The translations under genes and the position numbers were made by a program. From the NCBI GenBank assembly GCA_964016885.1, contig OZ024747.1, positions 12,524,001-12,588,000 on the forward strand: DNA of 64,000 nucleotides, in the 5' to 3' direction. This document shows, piece after piece, positions 62,926-64,000 of this stretch (positions are counted from its first letter, which is position 1; every line of letters starts with the position of its first letter). The stretch is from Eledone cirrhosa (Eukaryota). Under the pieces are notes generated by a model. The model saw nothing but the letters and a program-made list of their open reading frames with translations, was not told the DNA's origin and made no database searches.

Positions 62926-64000
62926 GGAACCAGTTTATACATATGTTCCAACCAACTACAGAATGCACCAGGTGCATTTTAACATGACAGCAGCACTAAG
63001 GATGTTGGCATGTCCTTGACACAACTACAGAGTCCTCTCAATCATTTGTTTGACAAGTCTTTTACTGTTAGAAACTGTTAGATACCCTTCATGTCACAAA
63101 CAACTTTACAGGGTATAACTGCTATATTTATCATGTCACAATAGGCAAACAATAGATGATGTAGTCCGAAGTACGCTATTCCTAGAAAAATGGGTTGACT
63201 TGACTATCTTTGATCATAGGTCTGCTCAATGAGGACTTAAGATCTAAACATCAACACTAAGACGTTTGTAAATATGAAAGGTGGATGTAAAAGGTTACGT
63301 AACTAAAAAAAGACCTTGAAAATGGCTGTTATATAATTAAAATATTTTCTCATTTATTTTTACACTACCTCTCCTCCAATTGTAAAAACCCACAAAGTGT
63401 GTATGTATATATGTGTGTTTTAACGTCCATCTTCCATGCTAGCATGGGTTTGGACGGGAATTTTCCCACTTGAGGCAAGTTTGGTTGTCTTCCTCATATA
63501 GGACTGTCTGGCGGGTTTTCTACGGCTGGATGCCCTTCCTAACACCAACCACGTTTACAGTGTGGACTGGGAGGTTTTTACCGTGTTACCAACACGGCCA
63601 CATTACAGCATGGACTGTGTGTGTTTTTTTTTGTTGTGACACACCTACACGCCCTCATTTGTTTCGGACTGGATGCTGTGGTATGTATATTTGTGTGTAT
63701 GTATGTATATTTGTATATGTATGTGTGTATGATTATTTGTGTATATATATATATATATATATATGTATATTTGTGTGTGTATATATATATATATATGTGT
63801 ATGTATGTATATTTGTATATGTATGTGTGTATGATTATTTGTGTATATATATATATGTATATTTGTGTGTATATATATGTATATTTGTGTGTATGTATAC
63901 GTGTGTGTGTGTGTATAAGTCTGCAATGTGACAGCTTTACACAATGCATAAAAAGAGGGAGGGAGGAGAAAGAAAAACAGCAAAGTAACAACAGCAATAA

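Overview
AT-rich, microsatellite- and transposon-saturated eukaryotic genomic DNA with a 200-N assembly gap at 41593-41792. The SINE, RTE and (TA)n landscape suggests an octopod cephalopod (inference). Only one host gene is supportable: an intact 8-exon APEX1/APE1 AP-endonuclease gene (+, 28007-34075, 309 aa). The rest is tRNA-derived SINEs, RTE/CRE/Tx1-like LINE fragments, a Gypsy integrase relic, hAT and piggyBac-type MITEs, a Helitron, minisatellites and a 2.5-kb 34-bp satellite grown inside a hAT element. The most notable unexplained structure is a dense set of short non-coding modules nested in (TA)n tracts. They carry type I hammerhead ribozymes: about seven with an intact core and about ten decayed or partial. 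Most families have their own palindromic stem III, and many have an adjacent AATAAA, inverted or fold-back duplications and a shared TYGAGTR motif near one end. This fits several families of non-autonomous Penelope-like/retrozyme-type retroelements. Nearly all ORFs in the supplied track are microsatellite artefacts. All RNA folds were assigned by eye.
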